The notes under the pieces: generated by a model | The model's database searches: none | Seen by the model: only the letters and a program-made list of their open reading frames with translations | Told to the model about the DNA's origin: nothing | Made by a program: the position numbers and the translations under genes | Source: Strigamia acuminata | Taxonomy: Eukaryota | DNA length: 64,000 nucleotides | Assembly: GCA_949358305.1 (NCBI GenBank) | Contig: OX442314.1 | Location: forward strand, 6,882,001 to 6,946,000 | Reading direction: 5' to 3' | Shown here: one piece after another, positions 23,501-34,822 of the stretch | Position numbering within the stretch: the stretch's first letter is position 1 | Layout of the letters: the number at the start of each line of letters is the position of its first letter

Positions 23501-26500
23501 GGGAAGTCCTCGACGTCCGGTGAACCTCGTAAAGGCGTCAATGAATGTCTCGCTGGTCAAATTTGATACCAGTTCGAGATGTACTCCTCTTGTAACGGCA
23601 CATGTAAAAAGTGCGACGTAACTCTTGCTGCCGTCCTTTAAAATCAATGGTCCCGCGAAATCCACTCCTGTTACCTCGAAGGGGTCACTTGGTTCGACAC
23701 GATCGTTTGGAAGTGGAGCTTCCATTTGAGTCATGGTTGGCTGCAGGACTTTACGACATGTGACGCAATGACGCAAAATCGATTTTATTTCTCTTCGGGC
23801 TTTGGGCATCCAAAATCGCGATCGAAATTCGGAAAGTGTGTCGCCCAGACCACCGTGGAGCGTCCGCAAATGGCAACCGTGGATGATCAGCTTCGAAAAG
23901 TTTGAGTTGGGATCAATAACGATTGGGAAATTGAAATCTTCTTCGTTTTTGACTGTTCGGATACGGCTGTTAATGCGTAGAACTCCATCAGTGTCGCAGA
24001 TGACGTTGACTTTCTTCAACATCGAGTCGGGGGGTACACGTCGATTTTCTTTGAGACAAATCTTTTCAGCGACAAAGCGGCAACTCTGCATGTTCAAAAT
24101 CAATCGTTTTTCGGCGTTTCTCATTTCTTGCGCGTTTAAATTTCCTTTGTATTTTTCTTGGTCTTCTGTCTTCGAGCGACAGTTGTGGAGGAAGCGCATC
24201 AAATAGGCGGTAACCCGTATCGCCTTAGTCCACGAGCTAAATCGATCTGGTTCGAGGAGCGTCTCGATTAGAAATATCGGGATTAAATTTATCGAGGTTG
24301 AGCTCGTAATTTCTTCGAGGTCGTTGAATTCGGATATTTCTTCAGCAGAAATATTATTTGGCCATTCTTCCGGTTCTTTGGTGAGCCAAGATGGTCCATT
24401 TATCCACTCTTCATCTTCTATTAATGTTTTGGCAGGAACCCCTCTGGTAAGTCTGTCCGCGGGATTGTCCTTGCCTGGCACATGGCGCCAGTCGTCCGTA
24501 TTCGTGTTTTCGATTATTTCGCGTACTCGATTGGTTACGAAGGGGTGTGACTTGCGTTGATGGTTGCGAATCCAGAAGTAAGTTATACTGGAATCGGTCC
24601 AATAAGTGGCAGAGTCAGTCGTCAAAAAGTTCAGTTTCTTCGCAATTCTCGACAACAGTAACGCCCCCATGAGTTCTAGTTTGGGTAGAGTTAATGTCTT
24701 TATGGGGGCTACTCTGGTTTTCACTAGGCACAGACGGGTCACCACTCGATCTTGGTAAACAGTTCGCAAATATACCACGACGCCGTATGCCTTTTTTGAG
24801 GCGTCGCAGAAAAAATGAAAATCGCGTCGAATTGGAGTCTCATCGGTGTCGCCTAAGTGACGAGGGATCGAAAAATGTCTCAAACTCGAAATTTGTGTCT
24901 GCCATTTCCTCCAGTCGTTTATCAAGTTGTCGGGGAGTATGACATCCCAATCGATTCCTAACTTCCAGAGTTCTTGCAGAAAAAACTTCCCAGTGATGGT
25001 GAACGGGGCAAGAAATCCTAACGGATCAAAAATCCTAGCAATTGTCTGTGTTACTTCTCGTTTCGTAGTTTTCGAAGTGGGAGGAATGTCGGCCCAATCA
25101 CCAATCTCAACTCTCAAAATGTCTTCAACAAAGTTCCAATGCAAACCCAAAACTGACGTTTCTTCCTTTTCGGGTTCTGTTGTCGCATCAGCGGGGTATT
25201 CTTTACGGAAAAGTTCACGAAGCTCGGGCGAATTGCTTTGCCATTTATGCAACATCAGGTGCGCGCGAGACATGATGACGCGTGATTCGGTGAATATTTT
25301 CAGCGCTTCGGCTAACGTTTTCAGGCTGTCGATCAAATCGTCGACGTAAAAACGTTCTTTCAATCTCAGTGCAGTAATTGGAAATTCATCGCTGGATCGG
25401 TCGAGGTGAATGATGATCGTCCCGTTGAGTAGATAAGGGCTGGAGGTGGCTCCAAACACTACACGTAATTGTCTCATTTTTCGAATTATTACCGGGTCCG
25501 TGCCATTCCAATCTGGTTGAACCCACAGAAATCGCACGTAATCGCAATCGGGTTGCGCAAGCAATATTTGAAGAAAAGCCTTCTCGATGTCCGAAAGTAG
25601 AGCGAAAAAGTTCCAACGGAAGAAAATCAACATTCTTACAATCTCAGGCAACAAATTCGGTCCCTTGTCGAGGCAATCATTGAGGGAGAGTTCTTTTTTC
25701 GCATTGGAAGAGGCGTCAAACACAATTCGGACTTTAGTGGTGGTTCGATTTTCCTTCACGACAGGTCGGTGTGGCATGTAATAACAATTCGGATTGTCGG
25801 GGTTTGAACACTCTTCAATGACGCCTTCTCGTAGCTGGTCATCGAATATTTTTTGGTACGCAATTCGTAGGCCGGGGTTTCGCTGTAGTCGACGGATCAG
25901 GTTCCAGAAACGGCGTTCGGCGATTCGATAATTGTTCGCCAATTGTTGTTTGTCGATTACCCACGGAAGGGCCACTTCATATCGTCCCTCACGTGTTGTG
26001 GTGGTGTCACGAAAGGCTTGGAGTCGGGTGTCGTTTTCGTCGCCGTCGTCGTTTAATGTCTCGTGTCTGATGCCGATTGATTCCAATTTCCAAAAATTTC
26101 GTAAGTAGTCATCGGTAGAAATGTTCTGGTGCTCACTAGTGGATACTTGAAGAGCTGGAGCAAATGCTGTGGCTACGGAGGTTATGTTGGGCGAAGAACC
26201 GAGCGGGATCCATCCAAAAATCGTTTCGAGTGCGCAAAGTCTTTTCTCTAATTTCATCGATTGTCCGGTCAGAATTTCGCCATAAAAGTCAGCACCTAAA
26301 AGGAGAAGAATTTCCACATTAATACTCGGTTCATTGAATTCAATTCCCCTTTGTTTCAGGCTGGCTCGTAAGCTCGCCGTCAACTCTAGAGATACAGGAT
26401 GGGTAATCTTTTCAGTCTCCAAAGCGTGGAGTTCGCATTTTTTAGATGCATCGTCACAATTCAAAATGGTCACGTTGTATTTGTGACGGACTGATATTTT

Positions 26501-29500
26501 GGGCTCGTCGTCGAATTTAGTAATTTGCACGACGGATTGTCCTCTCGATTCAAGTTCAAGCTCGAGCGCCAGTGAAGTCACAATGTATGATGAGGGACTT
26601 CCAGTGTCTAACAAACAGTTTATAATGCGTTCACGTCCACGATGAGCGACTTTCACGGTGAACACAGGCATTACCGCATTCTGCAGATGTACGGTTTCAA
26701 CCATATTTGCTGGAGTCAGTGTCGTAATCGGAGTCGGGTTTAAAGTCGGAGGCGGAGTATTTTTTGATAGCTCGATGGTCGCCAAATCGGTGTCACAAAC
26801 CAAAGTGTGGTGTCTTCTGTGGCACTTATCGCAAGTGGATCGAGCAGGACATTCACGAGCAACATGTCTCGTCTCAAGACATCTAAAGCAACGGCCATGA
26901 CTTTTGCACGCTGATTTTCGGTCGGCAATTGAGAGCGGGCATGCTTCCTTCTTGTGATCATTTTTGCTGCAGAAAAGGCAGCTGTCGATTCGTGCGGTGA
27001 GTGCGGAGGTTGTTGATTTCGGTGTAAACTGTCGCTTCTCGTTCGTCGTCTTTTTCGAGTCGAAATTAAATTTATTTGTCTTTTCCTCAGGCGCTCTACG
27101 TGCTGGTTGCGTCGATACGAGGTAAGAAGCGAACAGGTCGGGCTTTTCCTGTGTGAAAATCTCTTCACGAATTGAGTCTAACAGTTCGGTAATTGGAAAG
27201 ACGTGCACTCCTTTGCGCTCGCCCGTGTAACGGGTTACCCACTGGCGAGGCATCGTCGCAAGAATCATCGGGCTTACGGACTCGTTGAGTGACACCTCGG
27301 ACATCTCGGCTCCTCTCAGCCCTCGTACGTGGCTCTCGCTGTCGTCGTATATGCGTTTCAGGCCGGCGACGTCGTTGAGGTATTTTATCGGGGTGGCGCA
27401 ACGCAGGGCGGCCAAGTGCGCTTCACGGATGGCGTACACGTTCCCAAATCGTTCGGTAAGCAATGTTTTTGCACTCACATAATTTAAGTCCGTTACGGCA
27501 AGTCGTTTCACCACATTTCCCGCTTCTCCGGTCAGCATTCCTTTCAAATAGACGTGCTTGGTGGAGTCGTCCAAATTTGTGTTTTTGTCCACACTGGCCG
27601 AAAAATGTCCCCAAAACTCGTTCCAGTCCGTCGCTTTCCCATCAAATTTCATCGGGTCGATTTTCGGTAACTTCATGGTGAGATTGTTGGAACTCACGCT
27701 GCTTAAGGAGGTCGAACGGGATATTGTTGTGGGATTCAATTTGTCATCAATGGCGGTCAAACAATCAGTCACGCTCTCAAAATATTCCTCAGCCTGCACC
27801 ATGTCAGCATCCAATTCATCACCATCTGTCAACAACTCAAGAATTTTATTATCCAATTCTTTTAAGTCAGTTCTTTTTATTTCCAATTGGCTTTTGAGTT
27901 TTTTCAAAGCCAACATATTTATAGTAGCTTCTTTCAATTCTTTGTCTGCTTTGTCCACCGCTTTAGTGATGAACGTGCGCGTCGATCCACGTTGGCGTTT
28001 CAGCAAGGTCAAATCCGCCATTTTGGTTTATATTGTTCGTAAATTTTCGGTGATTAAAGGGTTTATGCGTAATTACGGTTTGATGAAGCGTTAATCGGTT
28101 TTCGGTCGTTTTTATCGTCGGTCGTGTATCGTCGGGTCGTGTAGTCGTCGTTGTATCGTCGGGGTTGCGTATCGTCGGGTCGAGTCGTCGTTTTCTCGTG
28201 GGCACCACGTGTCGAAGGTCGCGCCGGGACGGATTTCCCGGGTTTCGGCACCAAATGTAAATTTCCAGCAAGGAAAGAACACTCACGTGATGTACGAGTT
28301 CGAATTTCGGAGTCGGGGTCGGATTTTGTCAAGTTTAGTTCATGTTGTCGCGGAGCAAAAAGCAAACGTGTGTTAACAGGTTAAACTTTATTTGCACAGT
28401 AAAGAAACTGGGTTTTTACAAAAGGTAATTGGTTTCTAAGAAAAAAGGGGTTGGGGTATTCGAGTTCAGGGGTCAACGTTCGGGGATGCAAAAAGAAGAG
28501 TCACTCAGTGGTGACCAAAAGAACTAAGTAAAGAAAACAATACATCAAACAAATCAAATATCGCAAATAAATCAAACTAACAACAAATATAAATTGCACT
28601 TGCAGTTGAAATTTCACACACTTGTTACCAAAAATGATGTGAAATGAGCTAAAAACACGATTTCCAGGGTCAGAATTTGATCTGTTTAGGGGCTGAAATA
28701 CATCAATAACCATTTTGTTGTTCCAAATAATCAAAATGCATTATGGGTAATTCACATGTGGCGTCATGTTTACCAGAAAACTAGGGCGATGTAAACCGCA
28801 CACGGTTATCCGGATAAATAAAATCTGGATTTTTAACTTACTTCTCTGGAAAACTGTGTACATGTAAACATGGTAATTGTCACGTCAGTGCACTGTTTAT
28901 ACATTTTTACTATTTCTTATAACTACGGAATAGTCCAATCACAACTACCACCACCGCCGCCTCCAGAACCAGGTGAAGTGTAATTTTAAGATAGAAACTT
29001 GAACAAATGGATGAATTTAGTTTGCACAAAACACGTTTCATTAATGTGTTATATCTTAAGATTTTTCTCCTAAAAAATTATTTTTGTATTAAATACATCA
29101 CTTTTTAAGACCAAAAACATACATTTTCAGGTCAATAACATGCATTTTAACCAAAAACATGCATTTTAACCAAAAACATGCATTTTAATCAAAAACATGC
29201 ATTTTAACCAATAACATGCATTTTAACCAAAAACATGCATTTTAACCAAAAACGTGCATTTTAACCAAAAACATGCATTTTAACCTTCTCATAGCCATGG
29301 TGGGTCAAAAAATAACAAAAGTAGTAAAATAACTGTAACTCTTTTTTTCCTGAAAATTAATTTAGGGAACCAGCTTTAATTCCTCCAAAAATATTTTTTC
29401 TAAATTTATAATAACTAAGTTCTAATATTATTTCGATTAGGAATAAGATAAACTAATAATAAGAATAATATTTACAACATAAAACACCATTACGTGAGCG

Positions 29501-32500
29501 CCGTACACTGTTTTGCCACTTTTTAGCACTAGGCGGTGTATTGAAACGATTCTGCGCATGTGCACAATCTTACTTTTCCAGGTGCAATCGCATTTTTTCT
29601 GGTTTGAGCACATTAAAACATGTGCTGAGGCCAGGAAAAATGCAATTGCACCTGGAGAAATAAGATTCTGCACATGCGCAGAAGCATTTTAAAAGAAGGC
29701 CGATTTGACCGACCACAGCTAGCAATGGTGGAAATTAGGCTTGGCTATGGGAAGGTTAACCAAAAACGTGCATTTTAGCCAAAAACGTGCATTTTAACCA
29801 AAAACATGCATTTTAATCAAAAACATGCATTTTAACCAAAAACATGCATTTTAACCAAAAACATGCATTTTAACCAAAAACATGCATTTTAACCAAAAAC
29901 ATTCACTTTATTTTGTTGTTTTCTAAAATAAAATTTTGCTTTTTATTTAATCATGGACGAAGGATAACTATGGCCACGTACCGTACTGCCTCATATAAAC
30001 GCCGGGGCGTTTAATACTATTATCAGCTCGTCACTGGTGCTTATTTGTGCTCGGCAACTGTGCAAAACATCACCCATGTTTTTTAAAAAATCAGAGTATT
30101 TTAGGTGATTAGATAAGTTTTAGTGCACCCAGGCGCTTATTGATGGGCGCCGCTGACCCCTGGTGCTTAAACGGGTCCCGGCGCCTACTTTAACCCGGCG
30201 TTTATACGAGGAAATACGGTATCCACATGTTCCGAGCATTTTGCTGCAATGAATTAGAGGATGACCTCAAGTAACAAACATGCTTAGTTGGCATGCGAGG
30301 CATGTCACGTGACTGCTGTCATCCAATCAGCCACAGAACATCGAATCAATACGAAATAACTCGTGTCCATGTTAGCCTTGGTTCGTGGTTTAATCCATAT
30401 CCTAATCTATTTTTTTCCAAGCAGCGAAGCTTATCCAGAATTGTAAAGTGGGTAAACAACCATGTGACCAATACTGCAAAATAAGAGTTGGCGCAGACAG
30501 AACTGGAAATTGCACGACACAGGGATGTGTTTGCTTGCGTAAGGAGTAGAAACTAAGAATTTCTATAAAATTAGGATTATGACGTATCCTACATTAACCA
30601 TGTTTACATGTACTACCTAGTTATCTGGATAAATGAAAATGAGAATTTTACTTTTCTGGAAACCTGATTGTGTAAACGAAACAGTTTACAGAACACAATG
30701 ACACTTGGTACAAAAAATGATGTGAAATGAGCTAAAAATCGATTTCCAGAGTCAGAATTTGATTTGTTTAGGGGCTGAAATAGATCGACAACCATTTTGT
30801 TGTTCCAGATAATCAAAATGCATTATCGGTAATTCACATGTGGCGTCATATTTACCAGAAAACTATAGATATGTAAACCGCACACGGTTATCCGGATAAA
30901 TAAAATCTGAATCTTTAACTTACCTCTCTGGAAGACTGTGTACATTTAAACATGGTAATTGCCACGTCAGTGAGCTGTTTATACATATGTATATAAATTT
31001 TTACTATTTCTTATAACTACAAAATAGTCCAATCACAACTACCACCAACGCAGCCTCCAGAACCAGGTGAAGTGTAATTTTAAGATAGAAACTTGAACAT
31101 GTGAGAGTGGACGGGCACAGTTCGGGCACGGGAATGCCCAAACAGCGCCGGACGCACGACGCGTGAGGATGGAAGATACACAAGAGACTGAGCTTAATGG
31201 TTTATGGCCTTTATTCAGTGTCTAGGGGGTCAGTTCCTATGTCTCTCCCATTGCTACGCTGCATTGCTGCAGCATACCTGCGACCACACGCGGCACACAC
31301 GTGGTTAGCGTTCACCTGAGTGTGCGGCGTGGTCACGCCGATGTTCACTAAGCCCATGGTGATCGCTCACGGTACTGGGATTGACATGCCGGCCAAGTCC
31401 CTAAGTGTCACCATGGTGAACAAGAGTGGGGAGCGGTCTGATGTTGGTCAGAGCCACTCCTGGAGAACTCTGGCTACAAACAGGATGTTGGGCCTTTTAT
31501 AGCCCACTCCTGCACCATGGGTACGAGAGTACTTCTTCCCATTGGTTGTGGGGTTGGTGACCGGATATGACGTCATCCTGGTCACCATCCCTCAACCGTT
31601 AACGCCACCTGGCAGGTGTGGTTGGGCTGGGCCATGTGGAGTGTTGCAGTGGCCGATTATCGATCACAAACAAATGGATGAATTTAGTTTGCACAGCTAA
31701 GTGAATGCAAACAAAAGTTTACCGCAAGACACGTTTCATGAATGTGTTATATCTTAAGATTTTTGCCCTAAAAAATCATTTTTGTATTAAATACATCACT
31801 TTTTAAGACAAAAACATCCATTTTCAGGTCCATAACATGCATTTTAACCAAAAACATGTATTTTAACCAAAAACATGCATTTTAACCAAAAACATGCATT
31901 TTAACCAAAAACATTCACTTTATTTTGTTGTTTTCTAAAATAAAATTTTGCTTTTCATTTAATCATGAACGAAGGATAACTGTGGACACGTACTGGTATC
32001 CACATGCCCATGTTATCCTTGGTTCATGGTTTAATCCATATCCTAATCAATTTTTTTCTTAGCAGAAAAGCCAAACCTTAATTGTAAAGTGGGTAAACAA
32101 CCATGTGAAGAATACTGCAAAATAAGAGTTGGTGCAGACAGAATTCCAAATTGCACGACACAGGGATGTGTTTGCTTGAGTAAGGAGTAGAAACTAAGAA
32201 TTTTTATAAAATCTGGATAATTGGCAGCAATCAATTCCTTTTCATACAATCGGGGGCGTTGCTAAAAGTTCTAAACTCAAAAATATATGGGACCCTTTTA
32301 CCAGAAGAGGACTTACTGCTTTTCGTAGGGAAAGGACCCCATAGCGCGATTGAGTTGTACACTTTTATACCACTCTTGCATCATTTCACTTGCACCATTC
32401 CCATTAAATCTTGAAGATGCCGTCCGGGACGACAACTCTTCCTAGCATGATTAAGTAGTACTAAGCGCGCCATTTGAGAATCCTTGATCGGAAACCGGTG

Positions 32501-32716
32501 ACAGCAGTCTTGGTAATTGGGAATTTACATTATTGAAGCATAGGGATCAGGAGTCAAAAACTTTCAGCAAACCTGTCAAAAATGCTGGGGCTGTCACTGC
32601 TCCCACACCTTTTCTGTTAAGTAATTCAGACAAAATCAGTATTAATGTATACATATGTTAATGTCAAAACAAAAGAGGCGGATCCAGGAGGAAGAGCACC
32701 AGGAGCAAGAGCAGGG

Positions 32717-32754
<38 letters not shown>

Positions 32755-34822
32755 GGGAGCAGGAAAAGGAGCAGGAACAGGAGCAGGAAAAGGAGCAGGA
32801 GCAGGGGCAGGGGTAGGAGCAGGAGTCAAACCACCTATAAAGCCAGCACGAAAACCAACTACGACTAAGGCTACAGAGCCACCACCTACAGAACCACCTC
32901 CCGCAGAGACTTCACAGCCAGTTCCCGAACAGACTTCAGAGCCAAGTAAAGTGTAATATTAAGATAGCAACTGTTTGTGGTGTGTAGTCTTGTGCAATGC
33001 GGTTGGTATTGCAGAAGTAAACATTCTCCAGCATAAAAAAACGATTGTTATACTGGAAAAAATATGGCTTTAGGAATTGTAAATGTTCCAAAAATTCATG
33101 TGTAAATGTAAGCTTTACAGTTTTTGTAAAGTTGTTGTAAAATTGAATTGAAATTAGAAAATTAACATTGTTTTACACACTTCTTAAATTTCAGATGTAA
33201 ATTATTAGACATTTACATTAAATTTAAGATGCTTGTAAATGACTTGGAAAGTTAATGTATGGGTTTATCACCAGCTGGCGACATATTTCAAAAATAGAAA
33301 ACTAGAAAATTTATATTTGTTAAATATGGGGTTGGTTTCATCAAACTGCGTGCAGGCCCAGTTTAAAGCCATATTTTGTTTCCAGTGTTGTGTTTGCATT
33401 TATCATAAGAAATAGACATTAAGTATTTCTAAATTTGGCTTAGACCACTTGTCATGGGGATTCTTTTCGACCAGGAATAGTTACAACTTAAAGAAAAACA
33501 TCACTCCTTTCAACCAGAGTTGCAGGATATATCCTGGATTATTTCTGACTAGATCAAAAAATATTCTGGGGGGAAGGATTAATTGCCGGAACGATTTACG
33601 ATTTAAAGGATTACCGATCGAAAAGATTACAGGTCGAAAGGATTACCAGTCAATAGAATTATCAGTCGAAAGGATTACCGATCGAAAGGATTACCGGTCG
33701 AAAGGATTACCGGTTGAAAGAATTACCGGTCGAAAGGATTACCGGTTGAAAGGATTACCGGTCAAAAGGATTACCAGTCGAAAGGATTACCAGACGAAAG
33801 GATTACCGGACGAAAGGATTACCGGACGAAAGGATTACCGGTCAAAAGGATTACCGGCAGGGCTCTCTTAACATATTTTAGTGCTCTGGGCTAAAACATC
33901 AGGTGCTCCTTGTCCCTTGTAATTCTCTGTCAGAGGACAGTGATCTTCGGCACCTGACGCCCTTGGGCAGCAGCCCTTTTGCTTAACGGTTAAAGTGGCC
34001 CTCATTACTGGTCAAAAGGATGACTAATCGAAAGGGTTACCGATCAAAAAAATTACTAATCCGATCGAAATAAATCCAGGAATTTAACATTGTTTCCTCA
34101 ATGAGCAGTTTAAATTTTTTTTAATTTGATATATTTCTTGAAACAACAAAATAGCCCAAGCACAACCATCGCCTTCGCCTGCTGCAGAGGCAGTTTCCGG
34201 ACAGACTCCAGCTCCAGATGCTGGACAGACTCCAGCTCCAGATGCTGGACAAACTCCAGCTCCAGATGCTGGACAGACTCCAGCTCCAGATGCTGGACAG
34301 ACTCCAGCTCCAGATGCTGGACAGACTCCAGCTCCAGATGCTGGACAGACTCCAGCTCCAGATGCTGGACAGACTCCAGCTCCAGATGCTGGACAGACTC
34401 CAGCTCCAGATGCTGGACAGACTCCAGCTCCAGATGCTGGACAGACTCCAGCTCCAGACTCTGGACAGACTCCAGCTCCAGATCCCGGACAGACTCCAGG
34501 GCCAGGTGAAGTGTAATATTAAGACAGCAACTCAAAAGTGGGTTATTTTGTCGACGCCGTTTTGTTGACCTAAAAATTTGCAAAATAAAAAAATTCAATA
34601 CGTCTTGTTGACAAACCATACCCGTACGTCTTGTATACAATGGGCAAAATTAATATTCGAGCACAAAGAAGGGAATGATTCGGTCAACAAAAATCGGTTT
34701 AACCTCCTGATTTAATGTCACATTAATAGTAAGGTGTCTAGAATTATTTTTTTTGATATATTTCTTAAAACAACAAAATAGCCGACGCAGCAACACCAGA
34801 ACCAACATCAGCACCACCATAA
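20537..34822 (+). CDS. Gene 4: secreted protein with four defensin-like domains, Pro linkers, Gly-Ala and mucin-like tail, 422 aa
   Basis: join(20537..20576,20752..20859,21349..21387,22084..22197,28934..28972,30425..30538,31028..31066,32066..32179,32676..32945,34155..34505,34782..34822) = 1269 nt; all introns GT-AG phase 1; no internal stop; AATAAA at 34860. Confidence 0.78.
20752..20859 (+). CDS. Defensin-like exon, type A (gene 4)
   Basis: [36 protein letters not shown]; ccaaacag acceptor, gtaagg donor. Confidence 0.85.
21585..21930. repeat. 20-bp intronic minisatellite (accaaaaacatgcattttta)n
   Basis: About 17 near-identical tandem copies. Confidence 0.95.
22084..22197 (+). CDS. Defensin-like exon, type B1 (gene 4)
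   Basis: [38 protein letters not shown]; tandem acceptor aagcag. Confidence 0.85.
22775..28021 (-). CDS. BEL/Pao Gag-Pol polyprotein, 1748 aa, intact
   Basis: Triple Cys-His Gag knuckles, protease LLDTGS, RT FYVDD, RNase H FCDAS, integrase VDFAGP/SDNA/WGGFWER. Confidence 0.97.
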   Translation of the reverse strand: MADLTLLKRQRGSTRTFITKAVDKADKELKEATINMLALKKLKSQLEIKRTDLKELDNKILELLTDGDELDADMVQAEEYFESVTDCLTAIDDKLNPTTISRSTSLSSVSSNNLTMKLPKIDPMKFDGKATDWNEFWGHFSASVDKNTNLDDSTKHVYLKGMLTGEAGNVVKRLAVTDLNYVSAKTLLTERFGNVYAIREAHLAALRCATPIKYLNDVAGLKRIYDDSESHVRGLRGAEMSEVSLNESVSPMILATMPRQWVTRYTGERKGVHVFPITELLDSIREEIFTQEKPDLFASYLVSTQPARRAPEEKTNKFNFDSKKTTNEKRQFTPKSTTSALTARIDSCLFCSKNDHKKEACPLSIADRKSACKSHGRCFRCLETRHVARECPARSTCDKCHRRHHTLVCDTDLATIELSKNTPPPTLNPTPITTLTPANMVETVHLQNAVMPVFTVKVAHRGRERIINCLLDTGSPSSYIVTSLALELELESRGQSVVQITKFDDEPKISVRHKYNVTILNCDDASKKCELHALETEKITHPVSLELTASLRASLKQRGIEFNEPSINVEILLLLGADFYGEILTGQSMKLEKRLCALETIFGWIPLGSSPNITSVATAFAPALQVSTSEHQNISTDDYLRNFWKLESIGIRHETLNDDGDENDTRLQAFRDTTTTREGRYEVALPWVIDKQQLANNYRIAERRFWNLIRRLQRNPGLRIAYQKIFDDQLREGVIEECSNPDNPNCYYMPHRPVVKENRTTTKVRIVFDASSNAKKELSLNDCLDKGPNLLPEIVRMLIFFRWNFFALLSDIEKAFLQILLAQPDCDYVRFLWVQPDWNGTDPVIIRKMRQLRVVFGATSSPYLLNGTIIIHLDRSSDEFPITALRLKERFYVDDLIDSLKTLAEALKIFTESRVIMSRAHLMLHKWQSNSPELRELFRKEYPADATTEPEKEETSVLGLHWNFVEDILRVEIGDWADIPPTSKTTKREVTQTIARIFDPLGFLAPFTITGKFFLQELWKLGIDWDVILPDNLINDWRKWQTQISSLRHFSIPRHLGDTDETPIRRDFHFFCDASKKAYGVVVYLRTVYQDRVVTRLCLVKTRVAPIKTLTLPKLELMGALLLSRIAKKLNFLTTDSATYWTDSSITYFWIRNHQRKSHPFVTNRVREIIENTNTDDWRHVPGKDNPADRLTRGVPAKTLIEDEEWINGPSWLTKEPEEWPNNISAEEISEFNDLEEITSSTSINLIPIFLIETLLEPDRFSSWTKAIRVTAYLMRFLHNCRSKTEDQEKYKGNLNAQEMRNAEKRLILNMQSCRFVAEKICLKENRRVPPDSMLKKVNVICDTDGVLRINSRIRTVKNEEDFNFPIVIDPNSNFSKLIIHGCHLRTLHGGLGDTLSEFRSRFWMPKARREIKSILRHCVTCRKVLQPTMTQMEAPLPNDRVEPSDPFEVTGVDFAGPLILKDGSKSYVALFTCAVTRGVHLELVSNLTSETFIDAFTRFTGRRGLPRIIMSDNAKTFKRAEKDLKLLYDSIIQTPFQNHLTTNNIDWRYIVELAPWWGGFWERLVKTVKLSLKKILGKSSLNFEQLLSTLVRIEANINSRPLTYVSDDPSEKPPLTPAHFLLTRRMIALPDHRQQRLELENTSRKELVGRWKHRQHLVQLFWRRWKHEYLVELREFRKTKKPSRELMEGDMVLVEELCTPRMQWKMARVRKVFVGRDGKIRSAEVVTTNQKIIRRPIQRLCLLELDE
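28236..28253 (-). promoter_or_regulatory. Primer binding site, tRNA-Phe
   Basis: Plus strand TCCCGGGTTTCGGCACCA equals the 3' 18 nt of metazoan tRNA-Phe, 2 nt from the 5' LTR. Confidence 0.88.
29135..29900. repeat. 19-bp intronic minisatellite (aaccaaaaacatgcatttt)n, split by a MITE
   Basis: Tandem copies on both sides of 29284-29755. Confidence 0.9.
29284..29755. mobile_element. piggyBac-like MITE
   Basis: TTAA at 29280-29283 and 29756-29759; TIR ccttctcatagcc / ggctatgggaagg. Confidence 0.8.
29981..30219. mobile_element. Tc1/mariner-type (CCGTA-ended) MITE
   Basis: TIR ccgtactgcctcatataaacgccggg / cccggcgtttatacgaggaaatacgg; TA TSD. Confidence 0.82.
30425..30538 (+). CDS. Defensin-like exon, type B2 (gene 4)
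   Basis: [38 protein letters not shown]. Confidence 0.85.
31100..31668 (-). mobile_element. Solo LTR, 569 bp
   Basis: TGTGA..TCACA termini; 4-bp TSD AACA; absent from the paralogous intron near 29000; minus-strand TATAAAA near 31498 and AATAAA near 31212. Confidence 0.85.
32066..32179 (+). CDS. Defensin-like exon, type B3 (gene 4)
   Basis: [38 protein letters not shown]; the Gly of the conserved TG/IG-N-C motif is Pro here. Confidence 0.85.
33600..33858. repeat. 16-bp minisatellite (gattaccggtcgaaag)n, diverged copy
   Basis: Same unit and same intron position as 51237-51657. Confidence 0.9.
34155..34505 (+). CDS. Octapeptide-repeat exon (GQTPAPDA x12) of gene 4
   Basis: 24-bp repeat from 34199; 351 nt, phase 1-1; frame fixed by homology to the gene 5 exon 52593..53000. 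Confidence 0.75.

Larger units (their letters stand above)
22368..28618 (-). mobile_element. Full-length BEL/Pao LTR retrotransposon in a gene 4 intron
   Basis: 363-bp LTRs 22368-22730 and 28256-28618 (TG..CA, no difference seen by eye); 5-bp TSD CACTT; empty paralogous site near 30702. Confidence 0.97.

Noticed and set aside
28236..28253. tRNA genes at tRNA-like 3' ends (also 3806, 47077)
   Set aside because: Only 12-20 nt ending in CCA beside LTRs: primer binding sites.
32645..32956. Stand-alone single-exon genes starting MYTYVN/MYTNIK (also 12277, 16431, 50715)
   Set aside because: The ATG lies just upstream of a conserved phase-1 AG and gives no signal peptide or promoter; best read as intronic. 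Not excluded without cDNA.
34110..34640. ORFs [16 protein letters not shown] and ESVQHLEL repeats
   Set aside because: Alternative frames of the 24-bp repeat; phase and gene 5 homology give GQTPAPDA.
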